Positions 30,067 to 37,714 of a DNA stretch of 64,000 bases are shown here, one piece after another (the first letter of the stretch is position 1; every line of letters starts with the position of its first letter). The notes beneath the pieces are model-generated. The model saw only the letters and a program-made list of their open reading frames with translations. It was not told the DNA's origin and made no database searches. This DNA is from Bacillota bacterium (GTDB taxonomy: Bacteria; Bacillota; SHA-98; UBA4971). The stretch is taken from the NCBI GenBank assembly GCA_012842395.1, contig DUSX01000034.1, positions 388,650 through 452,649 of the forward strand, given 5' to 3'. Both the position numbers and the translations under genes were made by a program.

Positions 30067-32163
30067 ATGTTTTTGAAAAGATACCGGACGGAAGATCTCC
30101 GGAACGTGGCCCTCATCGCCCATGGCGGGGCGGGTAAGACCAGCCTTGCCGAGGCGATTTTGTTTGACGCCGGCGCGATCGACAGGCTCGGTAAGGTCGA
30201 CGATGGAACCAGCACGATGGACTATGACCCGGACGAGATCAGACGGAAGATCTCCATTTCCACCTCGGTAGCTCCCCTCGAGTGGAAGGGCGTCAAGATC
30301 AACCTCATCGACACCCCCGGGTACGCGGACTTCATAGGCGAGGTGAAGAGCGGGCTGCGCGTGGCGGACGCGGCGCTCGTGGTTGTTTGCGCCGTCTCCG
30401 GCGTCGAGGTGGGAACAGAGAACGTGTGGAAGTTCGCCGACGAGCGGCAGCTTCCCAGGGCCATCGTCGTCACGAAGCTGGACCGCGAAAACGCCGATTT
30501 CTTCAAAACCGTCGATGCTCTGCGAAGCACGTTCGGCAATCGTTGCGTCCCCGTTCAAATCCCCATAGGGTCTCAGGACAGCTTCCGAGGAGTGGTTGAC
30601 CTCATCACGATGAAGGCTGTCGTGTACGAGGACGGGTCGGGCACCAAGTTCAAGGAAGCGGATGTGCCCGGAGAACTCGCCGGGCGGGCGCAGGAGCTCC
30701 GGGACACGCTCGTCGAGATCGCAGCGGAAAGCGACGACGAGTTAATAGAGAAATACCTCGAGGGCAACGAGTTGTCCCAAGAGGAGATCGTGAGAGGGCT
30801 CAGGGCTGGGGTGATGCAGAGAAAGGCGTACCCGATCCTGTGCGCATCTGCGCTGCGGAACATCGGCGTTCAGCCTCTCATGGACGCCATCGTGTCCCTG
30901 TTGCCTTCGCCTGCGGACGCCGGCGCAGTTGAGGGTCAAGTGCCGGGGTCCGGAGAGAAAGCCGAGAGGCCTCCCGAGGACACCGCGCCGCTCGCGGCCC
31001 TCGTATTCAAGACCACGGCGGACCCGTTCGTGGGCAAGATCAGCATGTTTAGGGTTTACTCCGGCACGCTCAGATCAGACTCCCAGGTGTACAACATCAC
31101 CAGAGACGCGCAGGAGCGTATCGGCCAGGTTTTCTTCATGAAAGGAAAGCAGCAGGAGCCCGCGGGTGAGGTGGGCGCTGGCGATATCGCGGCCGTGGCG
31201 AAGCTTTCAGTGACGGGCACCGGTGATACGTTTACGGACAAGGCGAACCCAATAGTGCTCCCGGCAATAGACTTTCCCAAACCCACGCTGGCGATGGCCA
31301 TGAAGCCCAAGAGCAAGGGTGATGAGGACAAGATCAGCAGCGGACTTGCGAGGCTCGCCGAGGAGGATCCCACGGTCGTCGTCAGGCGGGACGTTGAGAC
31401 GTCCGAAACCATAGTTGAGGGCATGGGTGAGGTTCATATCGAGGTCATCGCGGAGAAGCTGAAGCGCAAGTTCGGCACAGACGTCGTCCTCGAGACGCCG
31501 AAGGTGCCCTATCGCGAGACCATTCGTGGCACCGCAAAGGTCGAGGGCAAACACAAGAAACAGACCGGCGGCCGAGGCCAGTACGGGCACGTGTTCCTGG
31601 AACTTGAGCCGCTGCCGCCCGGCGGAGAGTTCGAGTTCGTTGACAAGATCTTTGGAGGCGCTGTGCCCAGGCAGTACATCCCCGCGGTAGAAAAGGGCGT
31701 CAGAGAGGCTCTCCAGGATGGGGTGCTCGCGGGTTACCCGATGGTTGACATCAGGGTCACCCTTTACGATGGTTCGTATCACCCAGTAGACTCGTCCGAA
31801 ATGGCCTTCAAGATCGCGGCGTCAATGGCGTTCAAGAAAGGCGCCCTCGAGGCACACCCGGTGCTGCTCGAGCCCATAATGAACGTCCAGGTCGTGGTGC
31901 CTGAAAGCCAAATGGGGGATGTCATGGGTGATCTCAACAAGAGGCGTGGGCGGATCATGGGCATGGAACCGCACGGTAGATACCAGGTCATCAAGGCGCA
32001 GGTGCCCATGGCGGAGATGTTCAAGTACGCCATAGATCTGCGCTCCATCACGGGCGGCCGTGGGTCTTACTCCATGGAGTTCTCTCATTACGAGGAGGTT
32101 CCCGCACAGATCAGCCAGCAGATAATCGAGAAGGCGAAGAAAGAGAAGGAACAGCAGGGTTGA
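30067..32163 (+). CDS. Elongation factor G paralog (EF-G2-like translational GTPase)
   Basis: …LRNVALIAHGGAGKTSLAEAILF…DTPGYADF…VTKLDRENAD… plus EF-G domains II-V. The start may be TTG at 30073 (GGAGG, then 8 nt). Confidence 0.8.
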   Translation: MFLKRYRTEDLRNVALIAHGGAGKTSLAEAILFDAGAIDRLGKVDDGTSTMDYDPDEIRRKISISTSVAPLEWKGVKINLIDTPGYADFIGEVKSGLRVADAALVVVCAVSGVEVGTENVWKFADERQLPRAIVVTKLDRENADFFKTVDALRSTFGNRCVPVQIPIGSQDSFRGVVDLITMKAVVYEDGSGTKFKEADVPGELAGRAQELRDTLVEIAAESDDELIEKYLEGNELSQEEIVRGLRAGVMQRKAYPILCASALRNIGVQPLMDAIVSLLPSPADAGAVEGQVPGSGEKAERPPEDTAPLAALVFKTTADPFVGKISMFRVYSGTLRSDSQVYNITRDAQERIGQVFFMKGKQQEPAGEVGAGDIAAVAKLSVTGTGDTFTDKANPIVLPAIDFPKPTLAMAMKPKSKGDEDKISSGLARLAEEDPTVVVRRDVETSETIVEGMGEVHIEVIAEKLKRKFGTDVVLETPKVPYRETIRGTAKVEGKHKKQTGGRGQYGHVFLELEPLPPGGEFEFVDKIFGGAVPRQYIPAVEKGVREALQDGVLAGYPMVDIRVTLYDGSYHPVDSSEMAFKIAASMAFKKGALEAHPVLLEPIMNVQVVVPESQMGDVMGDLNKRRGRIMGMEPHGRYQVIKAQVPMAEMFKYAIDLRSITGGRGSYSMEFSHYEEVPAQISQQIIEKAKKEKEQQG

Positions 32164-32360
32164 TGGATAGCGTAGGCGGCACGCCACAACGCGGCGCCGT
32201 GCTCTAGCTGTTCTGAACGCCATCTCTTCACGCGACGACATCGGGGAGCTTGCCTCGGGCAGGCTCCCCGACAGCATGATCGGGCCCGTATAATAGCGAC
32301 GGCTGCAGGGAATACGAAAACCAGGCGCGGGTTGCGAATTGGACCTAGGAGGTAGGGCTC

Positions 32361-33572
32361 ATGCCTCTTCTCACTTATGATTCGCCCAACACCACCAGGG
32401 TTTTCGGAAGAGGACCGTACCAAACGAACGTCGCGGTAACGCAGCTTGTGTTCGGACGGCGATCCAATGCGGTGATACTCGCAAGCTCGGAGCATCCCTT
32501 GGACGCCGTGGCAGCCCTGTCGCTCGTCCATCAGCCGATCGACGGACCTGTGCTCCTTAGCCACCCGGGTGGTCTCGACCCCGTCGTCTTGGACGAGGTG
32601 CGGAGACTGGCACCAATCGGGGCAGAGGGACTTGCCCAGGTGATCATGATCGGGGCGCTCGACAGCGCGATTGAGCAGCAAGTGGCTTCCCTTGGCCTGT
32701 CGGTCATGAGGCTCACCGGTATCAATGCGTACCACACGGCGGCGGAGATCGCAAGGTTTCTTGGCTACCCTCGCGACGTGATGCTGTTGTCGGGGGAACA
32801 CCCGCTTTCCGGCCTGTGCGCAGGCGCAATGGCGGTGCACGGTGGCGTGCCGGTGCTGTTTACGCTCAAGGATGCCCTGCCACAGGAAACGGTTGCCGCG
32901 TTACGCGCCTCAGGAACGTCCACGAACGTCTTCATTATCGGGAACCGGGAGCTGATATCGGACAAGGTCGAGGAGACGGTGCGCGACCTCACCACGGGGA
33001 CGGTTGGACGAATCTCGGCTGAGGACCCGTTCGAGCTCGCCGTAAGGTTCGCGAAGTACCGTTCAGCAGACGGAAGGTTCGGATTTGGAAAGAACGACAA
33101 ACAGGGCCATGCGTTCACCTTCGTGAACCCGGGGAGATGGCAGGACGCGATATCCGGCGCGATCCTAGCGCACATGGGGAAACACACCCCGCTCCTTTTC
33201 TGCCGCCGGGACGACCTCCCTGCGGTCGTCCGCGACTACCTCCTTCGGATCAACCCGGCGCAGGGCAGGCCGGAGCCTCCCTTCATGCACGCGTTCATCG
33301 TGGGAGATCTCGACGCCATATCCGCGTCGGTGCAACTTGAGATAGACGAGACGATATCCATAGACAGAAAGGCTGATCACGAAGTCGTTCACACTGTCGC
33401 ACCAGGCGACAACCTTCTCCAAATCGCAAGGCGCTATGGCGTCCCGATCCGCGACATCGCCAGCGCGAACCAACTGTCGGGCGAGACCGGCCTTGCGCCT
33501 GGATCGCGACTGCTCATTCCCTATTCGGTGACGGGGTCGCCTCCCGCGCCGCCAGCGCAGGAGCTTCACTGA
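32361..33572 (+). CDS. LysM-domain protein with three cell-wall-binding (CWB2-like) repeats and no signal peptide
   Basis: Repeats of the type RVFGRGPYQTNVAVTQ…NAVILASSEHPLDAVAALSL…GPVLL. C-terminal LysM HTVAPGDNLLQIARRYGVPIRDIASANQLSGETGLAPGSRLLIP. AGGAGG 8 nt before the ATG. Confidence 0.6.
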   Translation: MPLLTYDSPNTTRVFGRGPYQTNVAVTQLVFGRRSNAVILASSEHPLDAVAALSLVHQPIDGPVLLSHPGGLDPVVLDEVRRLAPIGAEGLAQVIMIGALDSAIEQQVASLGLSVMRLTGINAYHTAAEIARFLGYPRDVMLLSGEHPLSGLCAGAMAVHGGVPVLFTLKDALPQETVAALRASGTSTNVFIIGNRELISDKVEETVRDLTTGTVGRISAEDPFELAVRFAKYRSADGRFGFGKNDKQGHAFTFVNPGRWQDAISGAILAHMGKHTPLLFCRRDDLPAVVRDYLLRINPAQGRPEPPFMHAFIVGDLDAISASVQLEIDETISIDRKADHEVVHTVAPGDNLLQIARRYGVPIRDIASANQLSGETGLAPGSRLLIPYSVTGSPPAPPAQELH

Positions 33573-33597
33573 ACCCGATCCCGTCGGATCGTCGCCC

Positions 33598-33820
33598 TAG
33601 ATATACCGCTACAAGCTCGGGCTGCCTTTGAGCGCGCGAGCGCGAACCCTGCCTGGGGTCGCCGGTTTGCCCCTCCCCTCCGGGAATGGCGCGCTTGCGG
33701 CGTCCCTCGTTCGGATTTGACGTGCAGGTTAGCAGACTCTCTGCGCCCCATCCTGCAGGCATTGGCAATCCTAGCCTACTCAAGCAATGATACGAAAACC
33801 TGTAGCGCCATGCTCAGAAT
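33598..33820 (+). repeat. Copy F (diverged) of the intergenic repeat family
   Basis: ctagatataccgctacaagc…ccctccgggaatggcgcgcttgcggcg.cctcgttcggatttgacg…cgaaaacctgtagcgccatgctcag aligns with copies A and B. Its right arm overlaps the stop codon of the beta-barrel gene. Confidence 0.55.
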
Positions 33821-35094
33821 CTGTACACGAGGGTGATTCCGGATTCGAACCCGTGGAGGTTTTTCGCCGGTCTGAGAGGGTACTCCCGGCGCTTGATCTC
33901 GGCCTCGTAGGCCACGTCAAGATCGCGTGACAGGGAGTAGGAGAGTCTCCACGTGGCCGTTGCCTCGTGATAATCGCCATCTCTTTCCCCCGAGTCGGTG
34001 TAACCCCTTTGGACGAACGCGCATCCGGCCCGCAAGGAGAGGTTCTTGCTCAGGGAGGTCTCCGCTTCGGCTCCAACGCTGCGAGCCTTGTATTCGTTTT
34101 TCGGGGACGCAGGCGCCTTGCGCTCGAACAACGCCCCTTCAAGAGTAAGGGTGCCAAGCACCGTCTTCTTCAGGCCGAGAGACATGGAGAGCTCGCGGTC
34201 GTGGTGGTCCTTCGCTGCCGCGAACGGGAACCGCTTGTCTACGTCGGAAAGCGCCACGTCTACCGAAAGGCGCGCCACAGGGTCCCACGACAAGGCGACC
34301 TCTCGGGTCGTTTGGTCGTAGGTTCGCCCCGTGGACTCGGGGTACATCGCGCGTTTTCGCTCGATTCTGACCCGCCCCTCCAGAGCCTTGGCCCGTTCGC
34401 CCGCAAGCTCGAGCCAGCATGCCGTGGTGGCCGAGCTCTTCTTCGGTTCGACCCAGTAATCCCTGCTAACAACGTCGAAGCCCGCCAGAACCGACACCTG
34501 TGATACCGGGGCCATCTTCAACTCGCCTGCCACTTCCCGGCGTTCGTGGTCGCTCTCAGGTCGGGCTGGATACGCGGTTTGCTCTCGTTCCCACGCAAGG
34601 TTCGCGGACAATCCGGTGGCAAGAGGCTTCCACCCGAGCGCCGCCCTGACAATCGTCGAGATGCATTCCCTCCCCTGGCCGGCAGAGTCATCGGACTCGA
34701 CCGTTCTGCTCTTCCTGGCGTCAAGGTCCAGGCTGAGCCCTCCCCCCATCTTGGCTGCAAGGGCCGCGGCCGCGTAGCCCAGCGCGCCGCGCCCGTCTGG
34801 AGCAGGCCGTGCGCCAAACGCGACATCGCACGACATCCCGCCGACGGACGGCAGGCGGAGCTTGCCGTCGAACGCCATGTCCAGCTTCATCCCATGGTTC
34901 GCGGGATCCTCGTGGAAAGAGAGGACCTCCAGCGTGAACTTGCCGCTTAGTCGCGCCGCCCCCAGTATCCACCAGCCGCCGGGATTTTCGTCGCCCGCCG
35001 CCGTCGCCTCTCCCGGAAAACAAGTCAACCACACCGCGAGTGCACACGCGACCACGCAGCCCAGCCTGATAACGCCCGCCTTGTTACTACCCAT
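33814..35094 (-). CDS. Putative outer-membrane beta-barrel protein (signal peptide; C-terminal ...TLVYRF)
   Basis: ATG at 35094 gives MGSNKAGVIRLGCVVACALAVWLTCFPGEATAAG (a signal peptide). Alternating hydrophobic strands. Terminal aromatic motif I-T-L-V-Y-R-F. Track ORF is over-extended to 35286. Confidence 0.4.
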   Translation of the reverse strand: MGSNKAGVIRLGCVVACALAVWLTCFPGEATAAGDENPGGWWILGAARLSGKFTLEVLSFHEDPANHGMKLDMAFDGKLRLPSVGGMSCDVAFGARPAPDGRGALGYAAAALAAKMGGGLSLDLDARKSRTVESDDSAGQGRECISTIVRAALGWKPLATGLSANLAWEREQTAYPARPESDHERREVAGELKMAPVSQVSVLAGFDVVSRDYWVEPKKSSATTACWLELAGERAKALEGRVRIERKRAMYPESTGRTYDQTTREVALSWDPVARLSVDVALSDVDKRFPFAAAKDHHDRELSMSLGLKKTVLGTLTLEGALFERKAPASPKNEYKARSVGAEAETSLSKNLSLRAGCAFVQRGYTDSGERDGDYHEATATWRLSYSLSRDLDVAYEAEIKRREYPLRPAKNLHGFESGITLVYRF

Positions 35095-35344
35095 GCCCGC
35101 CGTTGCCTCCCCGATAGTGCTGAGGGTCGAAGCGCGCAGCCTGCGTCGGCCCCTACTGACCGATGGCCTCCGCTGACTCATGGACAGGTGTCTCCATAAT
35201 ACCATGACCTGCCATGGATGCCAATCCCACTTTCGGGTGATTCTCCCTTGCACTGGCAACGGCTTCTCGCCGCCAAGTAAATGCAAAGACCCCCCGACGC
35301 AGCAGACATGCGCGCATCGGGAGGCCTTTTAAGCGCCGACTTGA

Positions 35345-35705
35345 CTCGTCTCTATCTAAGTATGTCGCCAAAAGTGCGCGCTACTCTCCGGCGGAGGGGA
35401 TCCTGTCTAAGGCTATCGGCTTTGCCCTCCGGGGACCGCGCGCTTGCAGCGCGCCTCGTTCGAATTCGGCGCGCAAGCCTGCCGAATTCTCCACGCCCCG
35501 TCGTGCAAGCACCGGCAACCCTAACGCCGTCAAGAAAGGAGACGAAAACTTACGGCGCCATACTTAGAGCAGATCGCCACAAGCTCGCCATACTTACATC
35601 GCAACGCTAAGGTCCTGTCCGCGATTGCCGCTGCCGTCCTCAGGGGGACGGCGCGCTCGCGGCGCGCCGCCTCGTCAGGATTCGGGGCCTTGAGGCGCAC
35701 TTGCG
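35345..35705 (+). repeat. Copies A (full) and A2 (partial), forward tandem pair of the intergenic repeat family
   Basis: A: ctaagtatgtcgccaaaagtgcgcgctactctccggcgg…ccctccggggaccgcgcgcttgcagcgcgcctcgttcgaattcggcgcgcaagcctgccgaattctccacgccccgtcgtgcaagcaccggcaaccctaacgccgtcaagaaaggagacgaaaacttacggcgccatacttag. A2 repeats the core (…cagggggacggcgcgctcgcggcgcgccgcctcgtcaggattcgg…ttgcgccatactcc). Confidence 0.7.
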
Positions 35706-35806
35706 CCATACTCCATGCTCCCAAGCCGTGCAAGCACTCGCAACAATCCAGGCGTCCCGGGAACGGGAGGCGAGGATTCCCGGCTCCGCAAAACCCAGAG
35801 CCTCAC

Positions 35807-36031
35807 CTATTTGCGCTTCTTCACAAGGCCCAGCGCCACAGCTTTTGCATAGTCCTTGCAGTGCTCGCAGTCCTTCCAGCAATCCAAGCACCCCTCGTCG
35901 GAATCCCAGCAGTTGTCGTGCCTGGCATAAACAGGGCAGATGAGGTAAAGGCTCGCAGGACACCCTCTCAACTGCCTGCAGCTTCTCAGGCTGGCAACGG
36001 ACACTCCTTCCGGGAGCTCGACCTCGGCCAC
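35807..36031 (-). CDS. Small cysteine-rich protein (74 aa, 9 Cys), function unknown
   Basis: GTG start preceded by AAAGGGTGA. Motifs CX5C…CX8C…CLDCWKDCEHC. Basic C-terminus KKRK. Its own sigma-A-like promoter lies upstream. Confidence 0.4.
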   Translation of the reverse strand: MAEVELPEGVSVASLRSCRQLRGCPASLYLICPVYARHDNCWDSDEGCLDCWKDCEHCKDYAKAVALGLVKKRK

Positions 36032-36082
36032 GCGTTATCACCCTTTCATGTCAGTTGGCCCAGATGTTTCCCCCGGTGGGAG

Positions 36083-36111
36083 TGTATCACAGGGCACCGC
36101 ACGCGTCAACT
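36083..36111 (-). promoter_or_regulatory. Sigma-A-type promoter for the Cys-rich ORF (TTGACG-N17-TACACT)
   Basis: Minus strand reads TTGACGCGTGCGGTGCCCTGTGATACACT, about 45 nt upstream of the GTG start. Confidence 0.35.
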
Positions 36112-36184
36112 TGGCCGCCGCCCAGCCCCACCGCCTTCGGCCGCGTGCTGCTGGCTTCCTGGCCTCATTCGCCGGTGTGCCCTC

Positions 36185-36385
36185 TACACGAGATGAGCTC
36201 TCGTTTCGTTGCATGGCGGTGTGCGGCTGCCGACGCTTGCATCACGGGTCTAGAGGATTTGCCCAGCTCGTGCGCGGAATTCGGGCGAAGCTCGCCCCGA
36301 GTGCGCCGTCCCCGGAGTGCAACGCCAGCACCCCCGCCACGACCACCGCTCCACAATGCAGCGCCGACTTCCGGCGATATGCTTA
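36185..36385 (-). repeat. Copy G of the intergenic repeat family (reverse orientation, inverted relative to copy A)
   Basis: …gcggaattcgggcgaagctcgccccgagtgcgccgtccccggagtgcaacgcc…gatatgcttagaac parallels reverse-orientation copy C (…gcgcgccgtccccggagggcaa…). Abuts the stop codon of the downstream P-loop gene. Confidence 0.5.
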
Positions 36386-37714
36386 GAACAGCCTGCCCGT
36401 GAACCTTTCCACGATTATCTCTTCCAGGGTCGGATGCCCGATCTCCTCGAGCTCATACCGCACCCGGAGCGCTGGCTTGGTTATGTTTATCACGCGGCGT
36501 AGATCGATAGGCGTGCCGATGACAACTACGTCCGCGGGTGTCCTGTTGATCGTCTCCTCCAATTCCCTTATTTGCTCCCTCCCGTAGCCCATGGCCGGCA
36601 GCAATGGTTCCAGCTCGGGGTATTTCCTCAAGGTGGCCTTGATGGAGCCAACGGCGTAAGGCTCCGGATCCACAAGCTCCGCTGCTCCATGGCGCCTAGC
36701 CGCTATCACGCCCGCACCGTAGGTCATGCCGCCGTGGGTAAGGGTAGGACCATCCTCGACCACGAGCACTCTCTTTCCGCGTATCATGTCGCCCTGTTCG
36801 AGCACGACCGGGGATGCCGCGCGGATGACCACAGCCCCCGGATTGATCTTCCTCACCGCGGCCTCGACCCGGTCCACATCGTCGGGTTTCGCGGTGTCGA
36901 CTTTGTTCAGGATGACCACGTCAGCCATGCGGAGATTGGTCTCGCCTGGGTGAAACGATGTCTCGTGCCCGGGCCTGTGCGGGTCGGCAAGGGTGATCAG
37001 GAGGTCCGGCTCATAGAATGGCATATCGTTGTTGCCGCCGTCCCAGAGCACAACCTCTGCCTCTTTCTCCGCCTCCCGCAGAATCGCGCCGTAATCGACG
37101 CCGGCGTAGACCACGAACCCCCTCGCGATGTGCGGCTCGTACTCTTCGCGCTCCTCGATCGTGGTGTCGTATCTGTCGAGGTCCTCAAACGTTGCAAACC
37201 TCTGCACCCTCTGCTTTATCAGGTCGCCGTACGGCATGGGATGCCGGACCACAACGGTCCTTTTCCCGTGTCTCTTCATGATCTCCGTCACCCTGCGCGT
37301 CGTCTGGCTCTTGCCAACACCCGTCCTCACAGCCGTTACCGCAATGACGGGCACCTGCGACCTCAGCATCGTGGTGGTGGGGCCCATAAGCCTGAAGTCG
37401 GGCCCCTTCGCAAGCGCGACCGACGCCTTGTGCATCACGTCCAGGTGAGAAACGTCACTGTACGCGAACACAACCTCGTCCACGCCGTGCTTCTCTATGA
37501 TGGCCGGGAGCTCTTCCTCGGAGAGGATCGGGATCCCGTCCGGGTAACCGTCGCCCGCGAGCTCGGGCGGATATCGTCTCCCCTCGATGTTCGGGATCTG
37601 TGTCGCGGTGAACGCCACCACCTCGTACTCTTGGTTGCCGCGGAAGAATGTGTTGAAATTGTGGAAGTCACGCCCAGCGGCGCCCATGATCACTACCTTG
37701 GTCTTGTTGGCCAC
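36383..37714 (-). CDS. P-loop NTPase of the cyclic 2,3-diphosphoglycerate synthetase-like family; candidate accessory/chaperone of the ornithine aminomutase operon
   Basis: …KVVIMGAAGRDFHNFNTFFRG… Walker A VTAVRTGVGKSQTT. Last gene of the ord-ort-ora operon. Start uncertain: GTG at 37714 (GAGG, then 6 nt), or ATG at 37768 as in the track. Confidence 0.55.
   Translation of the reverse strand: MANKTKVVIMGAAGRDFHNFNTFFRGNQEYEVVAFTATQIPNIEGRRYPPELAGDGYPDGIPILSEEELPAIIEKHGVDEVVFAYSDVSHLDVMHKASVALAKGPDFRLMGPTTTMLRSQVPVIAVTAVRTGVGKSQTTRRVTEIMKRHGKRTVVVRHPMPYGDLIKQRVQRFATFEDLDRYDTTIEEREEYEPHIARGFVVYAGVDYGAILREAEKEAEVVLWDGGNNDMPFYEPDLLITLADPHRPGHETSFHPGETNLRMADVVILNKVDTAKPDDVDRVEAAVRKINPGAVVIRAASPVVLEQGDMIRGKRVLVVEDGPTLTHGGMTYGAGVIAARRHGAAELVDPEPYAVGSIKATLRKYPELEPLLPAMGYGREQIRELEETINRTPADVVVIGTPIDLRRVINITKPALRVRYELEEIGHPTLEEIIVERFTGRLF

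Noticed and set aside
29614-30558. 314-aa minus-strand ORF overlapping the DUF2619 gene and the EF-G paralog start
   Set aside because: Antisense to two supported genes, with no homology and a low-complexity translation.
35281-35610. ORFs inside repeat copies sharing the peptide RPVVQAPA(S/T)L.PSRKET(K/R)TYG (35281-35610 +, 5042-5266 -, 61196-61381 +, 3249-3482 -)
   Set aside because: The shared peptide is just the translation of the conserved repeat nucleotide core. Reading frames and strands differ between copies. No consistent start or RBS exists. Copies tolerate frame-breaking indels.
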